Shown: positions 14,057 to 27,306 of the stretch, one piece after another | How the letters are laid out: each line of letters opens with the position of its first letter | How positions within the stretch are numbered: the stretch's first letter is position 1 | Assembly (NCBI GenBank): GCA_050084515.1 | Contig: CM114271.1 | Location: forward strand, 14,632,001 to 14,696,000 | Direction: 5' to 3' | DNA length: 64,000 nucleotides | Origin: Blasia pusilla | Taxonomy: Eukaryota | Made by a program: the position numbers and the translations under genes | The notes under the pieces: generated by a model | Told to the model about the DNA's origin: nothing | What the model saw: the letters and a program-made list of their open reading frames with translations, nothing else | Database searches by the model: none

Positions 14057-14340
14057 CGTCGGTGCACTCGGCTGATCGATCGATCGATCGTCGGCAGCAG
14101 CAGCAGCAGCAGCCGGGCGGGCGGGCGAGCCTGCGGACGACTACGGCTTTCCCGTCGACTCGTTGCTCTTTGCTCTTGGAGAAGGAATGAAACGAATGAA
14201 TATTACGATAATGGGGCTGGGGCCGAGACTTCGTACACTCGCTCGGCCAACGGACGGCGGAGTTGGGACACGCGGGGACGGAAATAGCGAGGTGTCGCCA
14301 GCGATCCAGCACCGGACGCCGCTGTCGCGGGACACGTGGA
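14057..14340. promoter_or_regulatory. KASI CpG-rich promoter/leader with AW-box-like motif (14057-14070) and G-box/ABRE (CACGTG 14333-14338)
   Basis: CGTCG-GTGCACT-CG fits CnTnG(n)7CG; ACACGTGG is present. The region is GC/CpG-rich and also holds (GATC)4 and (CAG)6 at 14095-14112. Confidence 0.35.
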
Positions 14341-16211
14341 GAACAGAACCTCCGCCAAACTGCGCACTCGCTCGATCCTTCACTACTACGACTCTTTACC
14401 CGCGCCGGACAGGTCAACAAAGAAGGAAGGGACATGTTTTGTTTAGCGGGGCTCTAATCCGGCGGGCTTCGGAACGTTCGTTCGATCCCCGCCGAACCCG
14501 ACCTTATCACACTCGGTCTGTCCGCGCTCCAGTCCTGGAGTCGCGTCTCGGTCCTCATTGGTCGTTTCACCTCGACCCGCCACAACGTAAGGCTGTGATC
14601 GTGCTCTCATTGGCCAGCATGCTCCGGCCTCCCCCGTCCCTACTGGTCCTACTCGCCTCGTCGACCTTTCCTAGTCACCACCTACCGTAGCGGGCTCCTA
14701 TCCTACTTCTTGATGTGTTTTTCTTGCGCTTTTCCGCTTCGGCGTAATATTTATTGCATATTTCTGCATTTCTTTTAGGTTTATCCTTTTCTCGGCGAAA
14801 AATTGGTCATAATAGGGCGTCTCAAGTTTGTGTCCTAGTAAGGGATGTCTTGTCCATATTTCTTTTTATTATGGCTTTAGGGTAGATCAGGTGCGGGGTG
14901 CCGGAAGAGGTAGACGCTGGCCTTTTGCTTTCGGACGTAGAAATATACTCCCCATTCGTCTAATTCACGTCCCGTGAAAAGCATGGAACATGATAAAATG
15001 GCATGCCCTTTGATGTGGAGAGACGTCGTCCTTCTTTTACGGCCAATAGCTCGGGAGATGATGCAGGACTTGTGTCCCGCAATTTGAGACACCCTAATAG
15101 GGCCACTCACTTGTGTCCAATGGGGCCGGACGGGGGCTCCTGTCGTGGAGGGCAACGACGATGAGGCGATGAGTCGTTCCCAGCGAAGGCAGCCCAAAGT
15201 TGGCTCCCGTTTCCTTACAACGACGGTGACCAAAATGCTTTTCTTTGGAGTGATGAGGCTCGTTTTCAAACCATATCATAAAACCGGAGGTTTTTCCTGG
15301 TAGGGCGTCACTCAAAGCTAAACTTCTATTCCCATCCTTCACCCCATATGCTATATTACGGGACCCAAATTCATCCCGTATATCTTTACGACAACGAAAG
15401 TGCTTGGCCTTAAGAAGATGTAAATGAGAACTAACTTTACACCATAAATAATCTACCCCTCCATTACGTTTCATTGAGAAGTGGGGTGCACTCATATCAA
15501 GATCTACGCTTGTAAGTTCAATGTGTCATGATTTTAGGTGGCATTTTGGTGAATGGAGCCAAGAAAAAGCACAAATCAAGGAATGGATATTCTTATTAAT
15601 AAATCTCAACTCACTCAATGTTTGATCCTATTTGTCCTTGGATTCTCTTGGTTTAATGTGCGTTTATAGATAGCTAAGATAATGAATTTTTCATTATTCT
15701 CCCTCCTAGCAAGGAGGATAATATAGCATAATGGACGAGAAGAGCCCAAAGCACATCAAATTGTCCCAAGTTCAGGTTTGGCCTTGCAACTCAAGTTTTG
15801 TTGGAATACTCCTCCTTGTCAAAGTCACCCGTTCACCCTCTTGACCTAACTCAAGTATGAATAGGCTCAAGGAACTCACTAGTGAAACCAATGTGTGGTC
15901 TTTTGAGAGCCCCTTCGCCACCAAGGGGGAAAAAGGAATCAAAATCACACTTTAGGAGAATTGAGTGTGGACATGTGGATAGGTTTTATGAAGAGATTTA
16001 GTTTGGTCTTTTAGAAGCCATAAAGACCTACAAAAGCTCTAAAAATCACGTAGAGTTAGAAGGTACTTGTTGTCTATTTTGTCATTTAGCTATTTGTGTC
16101 TTTTAATGGTATAAATGGCGTGTCACGTGCTAAGCTCTCACTATAATGTTTTCCCTTTTTTTGGTTGGATGAAGGGACTACTTGAATGTATCTCCCAAGA
16201 TGTGTCAGTAC

Positions 16212-16408
16212 TCTATATTATTATTCGAGAGTGCCTTCTTGATTTGCCAACACCTCTCTACTTGACATGTTGAAACTGAGCAACAAGAAAATGTTTCCTA
16301 CTCTTCCCGCAACAAGAAAACGTTTTCATTCTACGAGCAACAAGAAAAAATTTGTGTGCAACACAATTAGTCCCTACATTCCCATGCACGGCATGGGCTA
16401 CACACTAG
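16212..16408 (+). mobile_element. Non-autonomous mini-Helitron (~197 bp)
   Basis: 5' TCTATATTATTATT..GAGAGTGCCTT, shared with the large Helitron 5' end. 3' hairpin CCCATGC-ACG-GCATGGG (16381-16397), then CTAG|T. Confidence 0.8.
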
Positions 16409-17379
16409 TTTTAGTGAATGTAGATGACTTTCTTAAGCCTTCATAGAGAAACTATTCTATTTCTCACTTGTAGAGAGAGGAACTCCTTCTTCTTCCGTGA
16501 TTCCCCTCTAGACAAAACATAAAGTCATTCCATCGTCATAATATCCTAGTATCATCCATCTACCAAAATCATTTCCAATCTTTACTGTTTTTTTTTTCAT
16601 ATCTCTACTCTCATGGAAGCTCTTGTGAGGAATGGAGAGGCTATGTCCCTACCCTCTGTTTGCTTGTCCCATCCTCCTCTCTCCTAATGTTTCTCATTTC
16701 CCTATGAGGGACTAGGGAGATTAATAAGGAAATAGAGACAAATTCTTTTCCTCCGTCTATTGGACTAGATAGAGGCTCATCAGTGTTCCCTCCATCTTTG
16801 GAGAACACCCTCTTTCAACTTTGACTCGTCCCTTATTGGAAATTGAATCCTTCCTTCAAAATATTCTTTATAAAACTCTACACTACTAAAATCTATGCCC
16901 CTCCTATTTCAATTTAACTTTCCTTCCTCTCCCCTATTTAGATTTCCCTATCTCTCCTTCATTCTCATTGTGCAAATTTAAAACTTTTAAAAGTAATCTA
17001 TAAAAAGCCCTTGTCAAAAACTACGTTTTTCTCTCTTCCTCTCTCCTCTTGAAATTCAATATTTTGCCTCCAAATCTATTAACATGTAGCATACATTAGC
17101 ATGTAACCAAAATAATTATATAGATTTTAATGGAAAAATCTAATCAAATAAAATTTGAAAGTCACACTCAAAAAAATTTACATCATTTCGTATTGAAACT
17201 TGAAGAAAGGAAGGATACATGGTGCTCATAAAGAGTTATGCATTCAATAATCCCTAAAATTGATAATATTATAGATTACAAGTAAGGTGCCCGTGCGATG
17301 CATGGATGCAAGAGGAATACGAAAGATACAAATAGGCATGAAGGAAAAAAAATTCTGATCTGATTTTTAAATATTTATT

Positions 17380-20300
17380 TTATCCAAAAATTTCTTTATA
17401 TACTACATTCCGTGTATAGTCACCTTCCTTATTTGAATGTTCATCGCTTCCAATTGTAATGTGGATAGAACTTCTCTTCCCTACTCTAGATAATGCTACA
17501 TACAATTGGCCATTAGAAAATACTGGAGTAGGCAAGTAAATGCCCACCTTTTGCAAAGTTTGACCTTGGGACTTATTGATAGTCATAGCAAAAGCCGGTC
17601 GAATAGGGAATTGAAACCTACGTAAAGCAAATGGCAAACCTGAATCTGATGCAATCAATGAGATACGTGGAAAAAAAATTTGATCTCCAATATTCTTCCC
17701 TGTGATAATTTCAGCATCTATGCAATGTTGCATAAATCCACGAATCACCAATCTTGTCCCGTTTGCTTGTCCATGTGCTCCATTCATGTTTCGTAACAGC
17801 ATGATTGGTGCCCCAATCTTCAAACACAATCGGTGCGGAGGAAGTCCTGAAGGCAAGCATGTGTTCAAAAATTCAGTTGGATATATATGAGTCATCCCCT
17901 CGTTTGGAATAGAGTCGACGCTGAGGTAAACTTGCTCCTGTACACAAAATATAATGAGTTTGTAAGAAAAGGTAATATTAATATCCAAACTTGTAATTGA
18001 ATAACTCTTTTATAAAAGTTAAAGGGATTACCTCTCCTGGAAACCGCGACATTACGCTTGCATTTATGTCATCTACATCTTGATTTCTTAGAGTCAAAAT
18101 TGCCGTATCTCTCAAGAAATTAATGTCATTGAATTCGGATGGAAAATTTTGATATATCAAATCAATAAGATCACATATCTTATTACTTCTAGTAACAATT
18201 TCAGATGGTAATTGTATAAAATTTTCTCCCAAATGTAAATGCAAAGGTACACGACCCTCTCCCACTTCTAATAACCAATCAGCAAAAGATTGTTGTTCAC
18301 TACGCAAATGACCTTCCAACCTCTGAACTCGCATGTTTGTAGTCAACTTCATGACCTTTGCATTAGACCAAAGAGATGACCTCTTTATGGTGGCTTCGAT
18401 GATTTGCGGCCGATCCCCATGACGAACAACAGACAACACTTGACAAAAATCACCACCAAATACCATAAGTTTTCCACCAAATAGTAATTGTCGGTGTTCA
18501 TAAAAAAAAACTCCCATAATATCTTGTAAAGTTTGATTTGCAGCCTCAAATGCGTGACGATGAGCCATAGGAGCTTCATCTCATATAATAAGAATTGCAT
18601 CACGGATTAAGCGCGCTCCATCACTATTAACCGACAAACTACAATAAGAAAAGGGGAGTAAATTAGAACTTGTGCCACTAGAATTGGAGGAAATTAAAAA
18701 TTTTGCATCACCAGATTGGCACTTACTTGCAAGTAGAGCTCTCATGAATATTGATGGGGATTTTGAATCGCTAATGTGCAGTACGTCCTCCGTCTAACAA
18801 TAGAGCAGCTATTCCAGATGACGCCACAACCAAAGCTATACCTCTTGCACTCCTTACACTTGCAAGAAGAAGATTATATAAAAATGTTTTTCCTGTTCCA
18901 CTTGGGCCATCGATGAAAAAGACTTTTGGAGATGATGGAGCATCCAAGCATATTTTATCAAGCTCATCATGTATACCATCCCAAATAATACGTTTTCCTT
19001 CATTTAGACAAGCTTCTCCTAATTGCACTTGCTCAAATAGTTATTCCGTATCATACAAAAGCTCTTGTTCCTCCAAATATGAATTTGATTGAAGTCGTTG
19101 GAAGTCATGTTGGGGCATGTCTGGAAAGCCTGACAGTATTTTTCCTCGATCTTGTAAATAATAATGGACTTCCAACAATGCAGTATTAACCATAGCATCT
19201 TCAACACGAAGATTAGGAATTCCAATTTTCTACAAAATAGGATGATAACCCAAAATTTGTTAGACTGTTGAATGCTCAATAGAAGATACTATTAAGAATA
19301 AAAAAAACATGCAAGGGTATTAATGAATTCTTACCAGACGCCGTTCATATTCGAGATCTTCTACCATTGGAACCAAGAATTGACTCCAAAGTGTTGCAGG
19401 TTGAGCAGGTGTGTTGTACGCTAGAATAATTGCAAATAGGCGACGAAGTGAATAACCTGTACGAATTGTAGAAGCTTCTTCAAAGCAAGAGAACACTTCC
19501 CTATCATCCTCAAGAAGTCCCAATTGGATAGAAGCCTCCTTGAATGTTGGACATAATATCCCATTAACAGTTCTCAAACATTCATGCGTAGTTGCTCCTC
19601 GAACATGATGGAGAAGTAATCTCAACCAATGACGTTTTCCTTCACCTATGAGGAATTAAACTAAATGAGTTTATCCCAACATATAGATACATTGCTTTAG
19701 AGGTGGAATATAAAAGGAATTATGTACAAAGAAGTTGTGAGCATTTACTTGGATGAGTAAGGTATAAGCGACCAATGGGATGGCCACAACCATTTTGTTT
19801 TTGTACCCTACGAATCCATCTCTTGTTACTCGAACGATAATAAGAAGGAAAATCTATGTATAGATATTTTCGAGCACTGGAGTCAGATAGATTGGTTGCA
19901 AACCATTGGGTCAATGTTGTCTCTCTTTTTAGTTGCAAAATATCTCCCGGAGCGTTAACATCATTGAAGTAGACTAATTGTTGTTATGGAAGATGGACTG
20001 CTAGTCGTACGATACTTGGAAGTTCAGCATGTAGACTAAACTTAAAGAGATGCCAACATGCTTCCGAAGACGATATATATCTGGAATAATGAGAAATTCC
20101 AAGTATTTGAGTAAGGACAATTACATGAAGTTGAGAAATAAAATATAATGCATCAGAGAAGTCAATCCATAAAATCATACCTCGCATCAAGATATGACGT
20201 TGTCTCGTCAATAACTTCGGTTATATTGGATGTATCTATATCCTTTGACAACTTAAATGACACGGCATCAGATCCTTTATAAACATATTTGTATAAGTAC

Positions 20301-23300
20301 TTGACAACAGAAACACTACTTGTAATCTCCAAATTAATGTGACAATCAAATAGGGTGCATAACATCGGATTGTAAGGTACAACCCAACGATTATCCAATG
20401 AATGTTCGCTCTTAATTATCGCCCTTCCATTCTCCAATCTACAAAAATACAATAACAATCGTAATTAATCATGAATGAATGTATAAGAAGGAATCATGAA
20501 TACAAATGCCTAAAAAATAAAAGGGTCCTTACCTACGATATATCGGATAACCATCTTCTGTTTCGGTAGTGTTGGCCGCAAAAGCTTTAGGATAGCCTTT
20601 TGTACATTTTTTTGTTTCCTTATCCATACACGGAGCATTTGGATTTAATGGTCCACATGGACCGTGAACCATGCAATTAGCAACGGTATAATACAACCTT
20701 GGATGGGTAGATTGATTAGGGATTTCAGCTGAAATGATACGATCATAATCAATTGTGGTACGTGGTTTATCCTCACGACCTAAAATAATAATGACATGCA
20801 CATGCGGTAATCCTCTTTTTTGGAATTCCACCACATGGATGCATCCTACAACTCGGCCTAATATCTGCTTCTTGATGATAAGTCGTAACAACTCCTTCTT
20901 TTTCTTCTAAAAAACCCACACAACCAAATCTGGTCGGTCTGCAGCTGATTGGACCGGTAATAGGGCTGAAGTAATCTTCTCTCACTTTGGATTGCATGTC
21001 ATGGTTAAGAAGTAGTCATGCTTCCCAAAATGTCGTACAATTGCCATTACATCCTGATACAATTGATGCATATGACGTGGCCCTCCAGTAAAAGAAGAAG
21101 GTAATACAATCCATTTCCCAAGCCTTCGGCTATCCGCATCTTGTCGATGCATGGCATCCTTTACACCTTGATATAATTCAGCCCTCAACTCCTTCTGATT
21201 TAAGCGCACCCATGATAATCGTTGCATTTCCACAGTGGCATAGAGGTCAACCATATATTCTTGAATAAGTCAACGAAGCCGCAATAAGCGATTGTCATCT
21301 TCTCCTCCAACCCGAGTTTGAAGTCGAAAACATGCAAATTGCAAGGCCATAACACATTTTGTTCTTCTTTCCTCAACAATATCACCATAAACTATGTCCT
21401 CATCCATGCAATCATCTGCAGGTTCAGGATGTCCCTCCTCTCCATGAATAATGTGGCCCAATTGTCGGGATTCCCTACAACCTTCAATTCGCCCAAAGGG
21501 TATTCCAAGATGCCAACCTGCTTCACCATAGATAAATAACAAAACAAAGTGTAAGGGAATATATACGTTTGACTCCTCCTCCATGTAATCGTACAATTAT
21601 ATCACGATGCTCAACGAGTTCACTTCCATCACCCGGAAAAATAGCAGCAACTTCAGACGCAATTGGTAAGTTATAACGCCTTGCATCAAGTCCTCTCTTA
21701 CTTGCCTTGAGGATAATCCGCACATTAAGATCACTTGCTTCATATGCCATATGACAAAAGATCTTCACATATGGATTGCATTCATGTAACATATCTTGGA
21801 GACCTTTCAAAATATCCATTTTAAGAATAGAAGATGTAGACATAACTCTAGCACGATTTTCCAATTCATTTGCAGTATCATGGATGTATAGTTGAGCAAA
21901 TTGAGGATGTCCCCCAATATCAGGATGTAAAGGTCTAATGGAATGATAGATCCCGCCTTGGACCCTAAAGTGTCCAGTGCCACCAATTTGTTCGTTTACA
22001 TGTACCCCGGTAGATGCAAGTTGAAGTGCCGAATTATAAGCTCGAGCATGTGTAATAAAATGAACGCTTCTAGGACCAACACCCAAAATCAAGGATTTCA
22101 GAAATGGAGGAGATGATCTCAAGAGAGGTAAGTATATACTTCCATGGCCACAACACATGCCATATGGTGAGTCACCAAACTTAGTACCTTTGACCACTTC
22201 ACATTTCCAATGCAAATCACGGCATGAGGGACATATCTCTGTCATAGAACCTAATGTATGACGACCGCTGGTACGATTCAAACTCCTTTGTAATCGCAAC
22301 TTTCGAATATCACTTTCTTGAAAATTTGGCCTCCTTGCAAGATTGAGTAATGTATTTAATCTTACAACTCTATCAAGGGTAGACGATGCACAAATTATAG
22401 AAGTGTTTGGTACAGTGGCTCGTTGTGGAGATAACAAAACTCCATTAGGAGACATGGCATCTACTCTTGACCTTGATTCATCCCCGAGTTGGACAAAAGT
22501 CGAAGAATTGTTGAAAACTTCATCTAGAACAGGAATAGGAAGAGTGGTCGACGAATTGTCGACAACTTCATCTTGAACTTGAATAGGAAGAGCGGTCGAC
22601 GAATTTTTGACAACTTCATCTTGAATTGGAATAGGAGGAATGGTAGGTAACTCAACTTGTGGTGGCCCAATCGTGGATGTATTCTCGATAACTTCATGAA
22701 ATGCATTGTCAACTAACTCGAGTCTTGGCGATATATAAATATAATCCGTTGATTTTTCGCTCACTTCTTGATTTTCTTCTACTATTATTCCATCTTCATT
22801 TGAAGGCCTGAGAAAATATGTCAAAATATTGATAAGAATAAATACAAATCAAATATGGAGTAAATCAAGTAGTTATGAAGTGAATAGTTAGATATAGGTA
22901 CCTATTCAATGGAATAGGTGCAATACTCTCAGGCTGAACTTGACCATTAAGCCCTTTCCTTCTTTTTCTATACTCTCGATAGTAATTCCTCTTTTTTTCT
23001 TTGAGAGCTTCCATTCTATCAGCCCGAATAGCACGCTTTCGTTTTTGGGCTTCGCCATGTAGAACCTTCCGGAAGTCACGTATATTGACAGGATTCAATG
23101 GGATTGGAAGTCTGGAACAACACATGAATGTTAAAAGCTTACAAAATTAAATGAAAAGTCAATATTTGGTGGGAAATTGGACTGGCTAAATGAACGTCGA
23201 TGTAGTAAACTTACGTTGGAGATGTTTCAGGTCGGAGTTCATCTTCGAGACGTGTTTGTTGTGCTAAGATTTCCTTGCGACGGACACGCTTTTTTTTGTG

Positions 23301-23610
23301 TGCATTCGCACGCATCAATTTTTGGAAGTCACGCAAATCCGTAGGATTTGATGGAAGAGGAAGTCTGTGCAAACATTGGGTTTAATGCATGAGAAAAATA
23401 TATTGTCGAGAAAATGGTATGTAAGGCATCATCGTTGAAATGGAAATAAGGTGCTTAAGTCCCTACCCTAAGCAAAGGTTCTTACATCAAGGAGGTATTC
23501 TGCGATACTTCAATATGTCTTCCCGAACTTTGTTGCGAAATTGGCATATTTGTAATAATACCAAGTGGCCGTCTCTCCCTGTTTAGTGACGATCCGCCAA
23601 CACTCATCAT
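17380..23610 (-). pseudogene. Helitron RepHel (HUH/Y2 Rep + PIF1-like SF1 helicase), spliced, disrupted by frameshifts and stops
   Basis: Zn-finger-like CPSC...CCGHG. Rep motifs FLTMTCNPK, VVEFQKRGLPHVH (HUH) and VKYLYKYVYKG (Y2). Helicase motifs [39 protein letters not shown] and GQLYVALSRV. About 9 short GT-AG introns. N-terminal exons 23610-23486, 23364-23215 and 23111-22902 splice in frame to 22807. Frameshift near 21565 and several in-frame stops. Confidence 0.93.
22490..22640 (-). repeat. Coding tandem repeat, 48 bp x3, in RepHel N-terminal region
   Basis: IQDEVVKNSSTALPIQ / VQDEVVDNSSTTLPIP / VLDEVFNNSSTF in ORF 21523-22824. Confidence 0.85.
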
Positions 23611-23789
23611 CTACATGACACACAACGGAAGTATTGAGAATTGAAATAAAATGACCAAAAGAAGAAAGAATAAAAAGAAAAGAGAAGAAAAGAAAAGAGG
23701 AGAGAAGAGAAAGGAAATTAGTAAGGGCAATTTCTCATTTCCAATTTGATTTTCTTTAAAAATTAAAAATTGAATGAAAAAAAGAGAAT

Positions 23790-23975
23790 ATGAAATTTAT
23801 AAAATAAAATTTAGGGAAAGAAAAGAATTTAGGGAAGAAGAGTAAGGGGGCAGATTTATTTTAATAAAAATTATAAATTGAAAGAAAAACAAAGAGAAAA
23901 TGAAATTTATAAAATAAAATTTAGGGAAAGAAAAGAATTTAGGGAAGAAGAGTAAGGGGGAAGATTTATTTTAAT
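23790..23975. repeat. AT-rich direct repeat (~75 bp x2, 110-bp period) inside the Helitron
   Basis: tgaaatttataaaataaaatttagggaaagaaaagaatttagggaagaagagtaaggggg occurs twice. Confidence 0.9.
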
Positions 23976-24208
23976 TTTCTCAAAAATTGTAAATAATTGG
24001 GAAACAAGGTAAAAAGGGAGAAAATTACATAAAAAAATTTTTGTAAGGAAATTCATTAAAAAAAACCCAGGTTTGATAGGCCGAACCTGGCCCTAACCTA
24101 ACACTCCCAACCCTAGGCCTGAACCGAGCCCCGCACCCTAATGGCGTCGCCTTCGAATCCTAGGGTCAGATTCGAACCCTTCTCCCATCTAACGGCCATG
24201 AAAAACAG

Positions 24209-24290
24209 GCCGTTAGATGGTGCATCTGACCGCTCACGGCATGAGCCGTTAGATGGTGCATCTGACCGCTCACGGCATGAGCCGTCAGAT
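24209..24290. repeat. 36-bp tandem repeat (x2.3) inside the Helitron
   Basis: gccgttagatggtgcatctgaccgctcacggcatga x2, followed by gccgtcagatg. Confidence 0.9.
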
Positions 24291-27200
24291 GCCTCCACCC
24301 TCCACCCTTCCCCCTATCCAATCGTCCAACCCCCTCACTCCCACCCCACTTCGGCCGCCGCCCTTGTTTGCATGTCTCGTCGTCAAAATCGTCCGTCCGC
24401 CCTCCTCTCCGATCCCTCAGGCGCCCGCTCTCTGAGTGCGTTAAACTGGCCCGCTTGAGCGCGCCCCTCCGTTCGGCTCGTCGCGGCGCCGAGCACTCCA
24501 GCCGCACACCCTCCCGGCCAGGCGCTTTTCGAGCGCACTCGATCTGCAATGTTCATTTTCGGCTCTAAGCTAGGCTGTCTTGCTAGCTTTGACTCGGGTA
24601 CCTTTCAACGCCGGGAATATTTTCGAATGCAAACAAACTGCGCAGCTCTGGAGATCTGAACGCAAGCGGTCCGGATTCAAAATCGCTTCGCAGTTTGCTT
24701 CCCAGTCCCAATCCCCCTCTCCTAGTCCGTGTCGGGCTTGTACACCTCGGTGCTTGAACATCTCCCCTGATAGCCTGGCTTTTTGAAACTCGATCTGCAC
24801 ATTGAAGGTCAATTTTGGCTGTGCATTTGGGCTCTTGGGGTTTTGTGACAGTCAAACTCATCCCCCCAACGGTTCTGCTCTTCGGTGTTCTTGACGGTCG
24901 ACGTCTTTCCCTAACTCTCCGGCTCTCAGGTTATCTTGCTAGGCTCTCTTGCTACTTGTTTGACTCTGGGTATTTTTGACGGTCGGGCTCTCTTGCTAGT
25001 TGTTTGACTCGGGTGCTTTTGACAGTCGGGCTCTCACAACCTTGCAGATCGGGTCTCGGGGATCTCTTCACGGTTGGGCCCTCACAACATTGCACATCGG
25101 GTCTCGGGGATTTAGTTTGGCTACTGTGCTTTTGATGGTTGGGCTCGTTTGATAGTACACTCTTTCGGCATAGCGCATTGGGTCTCATTAGTTTTTTCAC
25201 ATTTGGGCTACCGATCCCTAGCACTTCGACTACTGTGTCTCTTTTGACAGCCAGGCTATTGGTCTCCGAAGCTATTTTCTCTCGATGTTCTCGTTGGTTT
25301 GTTTGGAGATATATCAAAGCTATTACACATGTACACGTAGGGGCAAAATGGGTGGAGTTAATACTCAATTTGAATACTGAAAGAGGGGTTGGCAGAGACA
25401 TTCAAAAAACTCTCTAAGTCGCTTTCATTTCAAAGTAAGCAGTACATGACTATTTGATCTACTCTACTCCTGATCGGCATGCTCACCCTCTCCGAGATCC
25501 CAAATTCAGATATGGATCTGAATATTCACTACAACTTCTTTCCCCTTTTGCCCTTTATGTGGGGATTTCTTCGTGCACTGTGGAGTTACCGCGGACCTTC
25601 CCTTGGATGGTGAGCTTTGCTGATTTCGGTTAGTGTGCGGGGTCATTCTCCGGTTCTTAGCAAAGGCTCCCTCCTCGGTATGTTCCCTTTCTATGCCGGG
25701 CCTCCTTATGTGATAGGGAGGAGTCCCTTCCTCCTCTACAACATCTATTCCCTCTCCTCCAACTGGCTTCGGATCGTACCCTTTGTCGGAACATGTAGGG
25801 AGGACTGCAGCGGGCATGGAGTCCTTTATTGCATACTCAAATCCCGGAGCATGCACGGGGGTGATCGGCTCTCCCCAAGTGGGACCATCACAGTGCAACT
25901 TGTTCCATTTGCTCAGCGCATCTGATCCCCATGACTTATTGGAGACCATTTTGTACTCTCCAATGCTTGGAGATCTGGTGACTTTACACCGTAATGTTTT
26001 TTCGAGCTCGTTACCTTAGACACACTCTTTCCTCTCCCTTGTGTTGACTTTTTTGCTGTGATTCTTGTTGCCATCTCTAGGTAGTTCTCGTTCTGCTCCT
26101 TTGCTGTTTCGGATGTTGCAGATGTCGGAAGATGATTAAAATGTGAGGAGCTCTGGAGGTGATGGAGCGAACGTCGAATGTGGAGGAGCTCTCGAAAAGT
26201 CGTTAAAGTTGCTGTAGAGCTTGAGCAGGGTAGGGGACGTCAAGAACGCGGGAGCTGATCTTGAGATCACATCAAGGGCTGCTTAATCGGGGCAAACTGA
26301 GCCTGCTATGTTTATCCGCAACTACATAGAGCTCAGTATTTTAGTTCATAGAGCTCAAAGCAATGTAGACTCGTAAAGCAGAGACATGTCTTACTCTATC
26401 TAGCAATAAATGAAGTTCAGCGTGTATGAATGACAGTAGAGCTCGGTGAATGAATGAGTTCACTTTACCTCAACAACCTTCGTGAGAAAAATGGGGACTA
26501 TAATTTGTAAGAGGGAATAAATAAGGGTCAAGTTTGAATCACAACCCTCACAACTCACTACTCGAGAAATAAGAAGCCAATCTCATCGGACGACGCTGGT
26601 TTGAAGGATCCAAACCGGAGAGGACAAAAATTTGACACAAAAGTTGCGGCCAAAAATGAAACCCTAAGTTAGTCGCACGTGCTAGGTACGCTTCAGACGT
26701 GCCAAAATTCCAGGTTCGTTAGAAAAACTGTTACAGGAGGCTAGGGCGGCTATGAACAAAACCCTAAAACAGACTACGTCAGACGTAAGCACGAAACACC
26801 CTAGTTCGCTTGAAGTGCCACGTGGCAGTTGGAGAGGTGTTTGCGCAGCGAGAAAGGACTCTCCCATAATAGTATAGATAGTGCAATGCCTCATGTGACA
26901 AGTGATAGAACAACTTAAATTCCAAATTTATCTTAAAATAAATATGAAATTTAAGTTCACAAAAATGTTGAGGAAATTCTTAAGAACATAATCTAACATA
27001 ACATCATTTTGGCATAAAAAATGACATAATGTATTCATGGAGTTTCTTTTTACATTAAATGGCTTGTGCAATGCCAAATAATAGAAGCTCATTAAAATTT
27101 TATATTATATTATTAAAAATAAAATAAATTAAATTAATATAAGAAAATACTATTTAATAGGTAATTCAACATATAAATATCATCTTTGTAAGACACATGC

Positions 27201-27306
27201 AACTCTCCTTCTTAGGGACTCTTATTGAGGCCCTTCTCTTCAAAGAATCTATTTATTGTTTGATACCATATCCTAGGCAGTTTCTTAAGCCCATATACTG
27301 CTCAAT

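Larger units (their letters stand above)
17279..26878 (-). mobile_element. Full-length Helitron (~9.6 kb), formerly autonomous
   Basis: 5' end A|TCTATACTATTATGGGAGAGT at 26878. 3' end CCATGC-ATC-GCACGG hairpin + GCACCTTA-CTTG|T at 17279 (variant of CTAG; the same tail with CTAG occurs at 41457-41483). A|T target with no TSD. Encloses the RepHel gene. Confidence 0.85.

Noticed and set aside
13811-15495. Long overlapping ORFs upstream of KASI
   Set aside because: Stop-poor GC-rich promoter/UTR sequence with microsatellites; no recognisable domains.
24209-24290. 36-bp repeats as a CRISPR array
   Set aside because: Head-to-tail tandem copies with no spacers and no cas genes, in a eukaryotic context.
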